Notes under the pieces: model-generated
Seen by the model: only the letters and a program-made list of their open reading frames with translations
The model's database searches: none
What the model was told of the DNA's origin: nothing
Assembly: GCA_030390025.1 (NCBI GenBank)
Contig: JASTWF010000035.1
Span: 2,418,001 to 2,482,000, forward strand
Origin: Squalus acanthias
Taxonomy: Eukaryota
Direction: 5' to 3'
DNA: 64,000 nt
Made by a program: the position numbers and the translations under genes
In this document: positions 61,463-64,000 of the stretch, piece by piece
Position numbering within the stretch: position 1 is the stretch's first letter
How the letters are laid out: each line of letters begins with the position of its first letter

Positions 61463-61635
61463 CTGTTACACAGTCAGTAATCCTTATTGTGTGAAATAAA
61501 CACTTCCGAGTAGTTACACAGGGAGTAACCCTTACCCAGCTGAACTAACAGACGACAGATTAAAAACTTTAATATTTAAGCCCAGGTTTCACTAAAATGA
61601 GTAACAATCTGAGAGAGAATTGTCAGCCTTTTTAC

Positions 61636-61712
61636 CTGAGTCCTGAGCAGGTGCTCGCAGAGACCTGGGATCCAGGGTATTTTCTGACGGAGCCCTCATA
61701 GTAACAGTGATT
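61636..61712 (-). CDS. ADAM metalloproteinase (ADAM15-like), prodomain exon NHCYYEGSVRKYPGSQVSASTCSGL(S)
   Basis: Minus strand: tttttacag acceptor, 77 nt, gtaaaa donor, ends phase 2. HCYYxG...STCSGL is the conserved ADAM prodomain motif. Confidence 0.92.
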
Positions 61713-61802
61713 CTGTAAAAAGATGATTAAACCTCAGCATAAAACTTCCTGCTACTTATAACATCAGAAGAACCAAAGGCGACATGAGGAAAAACTTTCT
61801 TA

Positions 61803-64000
61803 CATAAGAACATAAGAAATAGGAGCAGGAATAGGCCACTTGGCCCCTCGAGCCTGCTCCGCCATTCAATAAGGTCATGGCTGATCTTGGGCTCAAAGCC
61901 ACTTCCCCGCCCGCTCCCCATAACCCTTCACTCCCTTATCTTGCAAAAATCTGTCTCTCTCCACCTGAAATGTATTTAATGACCCAGCCTCCACAGCTCT
62001 CTGCGGCAGAGAATTCCACAGGTGTACGACCCTCTGAGAGAAGCAATTCCTCCTCATCTCAGTTCTAAAAAGGTGAACCTTTATTCTGAAATTATGCCCC
62101 CGAGTTCTAGATTTCCCAACAAGGGGAAACATCCTCTCTGCATCTACCTTGTCGAGTCCCCTCAGTATCTTATATGTTTCAATAAGATCACCTCTCATTC
62201 TTCTAAATTCCAATGAGTATAGGCCCAACCTGCTCAACCTTTCCTCATAAGTCAACCCCCTCATCTCTGGAATTAACCTAGTGAATCGTCTTTGAACTGC
62301 CTCCAATGCAAGTATATCCTTCCTTAAATAAGGAGACCAAAACTGTACACAATACTCAAGGTGTGGTCTCACCAATACTCTGTACAGTTGTAGCAGGACT
62401 TCACTGCTTTTATACTCCAACCCCCTTGAAATAAAGGCCAACATTCCATTTGCCTTTTTGATTACTTGCTGTACCTGCATGCTAACTTTTTGTGTTTCAT
62501 GCACAAGGACCCCCAGGTCCCTCTGAACTGTAGCATTTTGTAATCTCTCACCATTTAAATAATAATTTGCTTTTTTATTTTTTCTGCCAAAGTGTATAAC
62601 CTCGCACTTTCCCACATTATACTCCATCTGCCAAAATGTTTGCCCACTCACTTAGCCTGTCTATATCCCTTTGCAGGTTCTTTGAGTCCTCTGCACAACT
62701 TGCTTTCCCACCCATCTTTGTATCATTCGCAAACTTGGCTACATTACACTCGGCCCCTTCATCCAAGTCATTAATGTAGATTGTAAATAGTTGAGGCCCC
62801 AGCACCGATCCCTGTGGCACCCCACTAGTTACCATTTGCCAACCGGAAAATGACCCATCCCGACTCTCTGCTTTCTGTTAGTTAGCCAATTCTCTATCCA
62901 TGCTAATATATTACCCCCAACTCCGTGAGCTCTTATCTTATGCAGTAACCTTTTATGTGGCATCTTATCGAATGCCTTCTGGAAATCCAAATACACCACA
63001 TCCACTGGCTCACCTTTGTCCACCCTGCTCGTTACCTCCTCAAAGAACTCCAGCAAATTTGTTAAACATGGTTTTCCTTTCATAAAACCATGCTGACTCT
63101 GTTTGACTGCATTATGATTTTCCAAATGTCCTGCTACTGCTACCTTAATGAAGGACTCCAGCATTTTCCCAATGACAGATGTTAGGCTAACTGGTCTGTA
63201 GTTTCCTGCTTTCTGTCTCCCTCCTTTCTTAAATAGGGGTGTTACATTTGCGATTTTCCAATCCACTGGGACCTCTCCAGAGTCCAGGGAATTTTGGTAT
63301 ATTGCAACCAATGCATCCACTATCTCTGCAGCCACTTCTTTTAAGACCCTGGGATGCAGGCCATTTGGTCCAGGGGACTTGTCATCTTTTAGTCCCATTA
63401 TTTTACCAAGTACTTTTTCCTTAGTGATAGTGATTGTCTTTAGTTCCCCACTCCCTGTGGCCCCTTGATTATCCATTATTGGGATGTTGTTCGTGTCTTC
63501 TACCGTGAAGACAGATACAAAATATTTGTTCAGAGTCTCTGCCATTTCCCCGTTCCCCATTATTAATTCCCCAGTCTCATCCTCTAAGGGACCAACGTTT
63601 ACTTTAGCTACTCTCTTCCTTTTTATATACCTGTAGAAGCTCTTACTATCTGTTTTAATATTTCTTGCCAGTTTACTCTCATAATTCATCTTCTCTCTCT
63701 TTATTATTTTATTAGTCATCCTTTGCTGGTTTTTAAAAATTTCCCAATCCTCTGGTCTCCCACCAATCTTGGCAACATCGTATGCCTTTGTTTTCAATTT
63801 GATACCATCCTTTACTTCCTTAGTTAGCCACAGATGGTGCTCCCTTCTCTTAAAATCTTTCTTTCTCACTGGTATATATTTTTGTTGAGTTATGAAATAT
63901 CTCCTTAAATGTCCACCACTGCATTTCAACTGTCTTAACCTTTAATTTATTTTTCCAGTCCACTTTAGCCAGTTCTGCCCTCATGCCATTGTAATTGCCT
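61803..64000 (-). mobile_element. CR1 LINE, runs off the window end
   Basis: ORFs 61893-62651, 62617-62835 and 62829-63929 (two frameshifts). Confidence 0.95.

Overview
Repeat-dense vertebrate genomic DNA. The CR1/HER1-like LINEs, HE1-like V-SINE and Deu-domain SINEs suggest a shark or other elasmobranch (inference). The only host gene I can support is largely missed by the ORF track: six minus-strand exons (61636-61712, 57811-57985, 37297-37362, 23572-23643, 11336-11502, 7821-7905) with canonical AG/GT sites. They splice in phase into 214 stop-free codons of an ADAM disintegrin-metalloproteinase (ADAM15-like by eye), covering the end of the prodomain, the cysteine switch, an RMKR furin site and the N-terminal part of the reprolysin domain. 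The HExxH exon should lie beyond position 1. Everything else is intron. It holds about 20 CR1 LINE pieces (one with an intact 955-aa ORF2), L2, RTE and Penelope fragments, several SINE families, PIF/Harbinger, Tigger-like and hAT non-autonomous elements, two solo LTRs and at least eight unrelated tandem arrays. The most striking structures are: a ~10.4-kb 33-bp satellite grown inside one Deu-SINE, whose seed hairpin is visible in an unexpanded sister copy; a ~3-kb CR1+GA-satellite triplication; and a Penelope hammerhead-ribozyme relic cut by later insertions. All family names come from recalled motifs, not database searches. Coordinates of degraded repeats are approximate.
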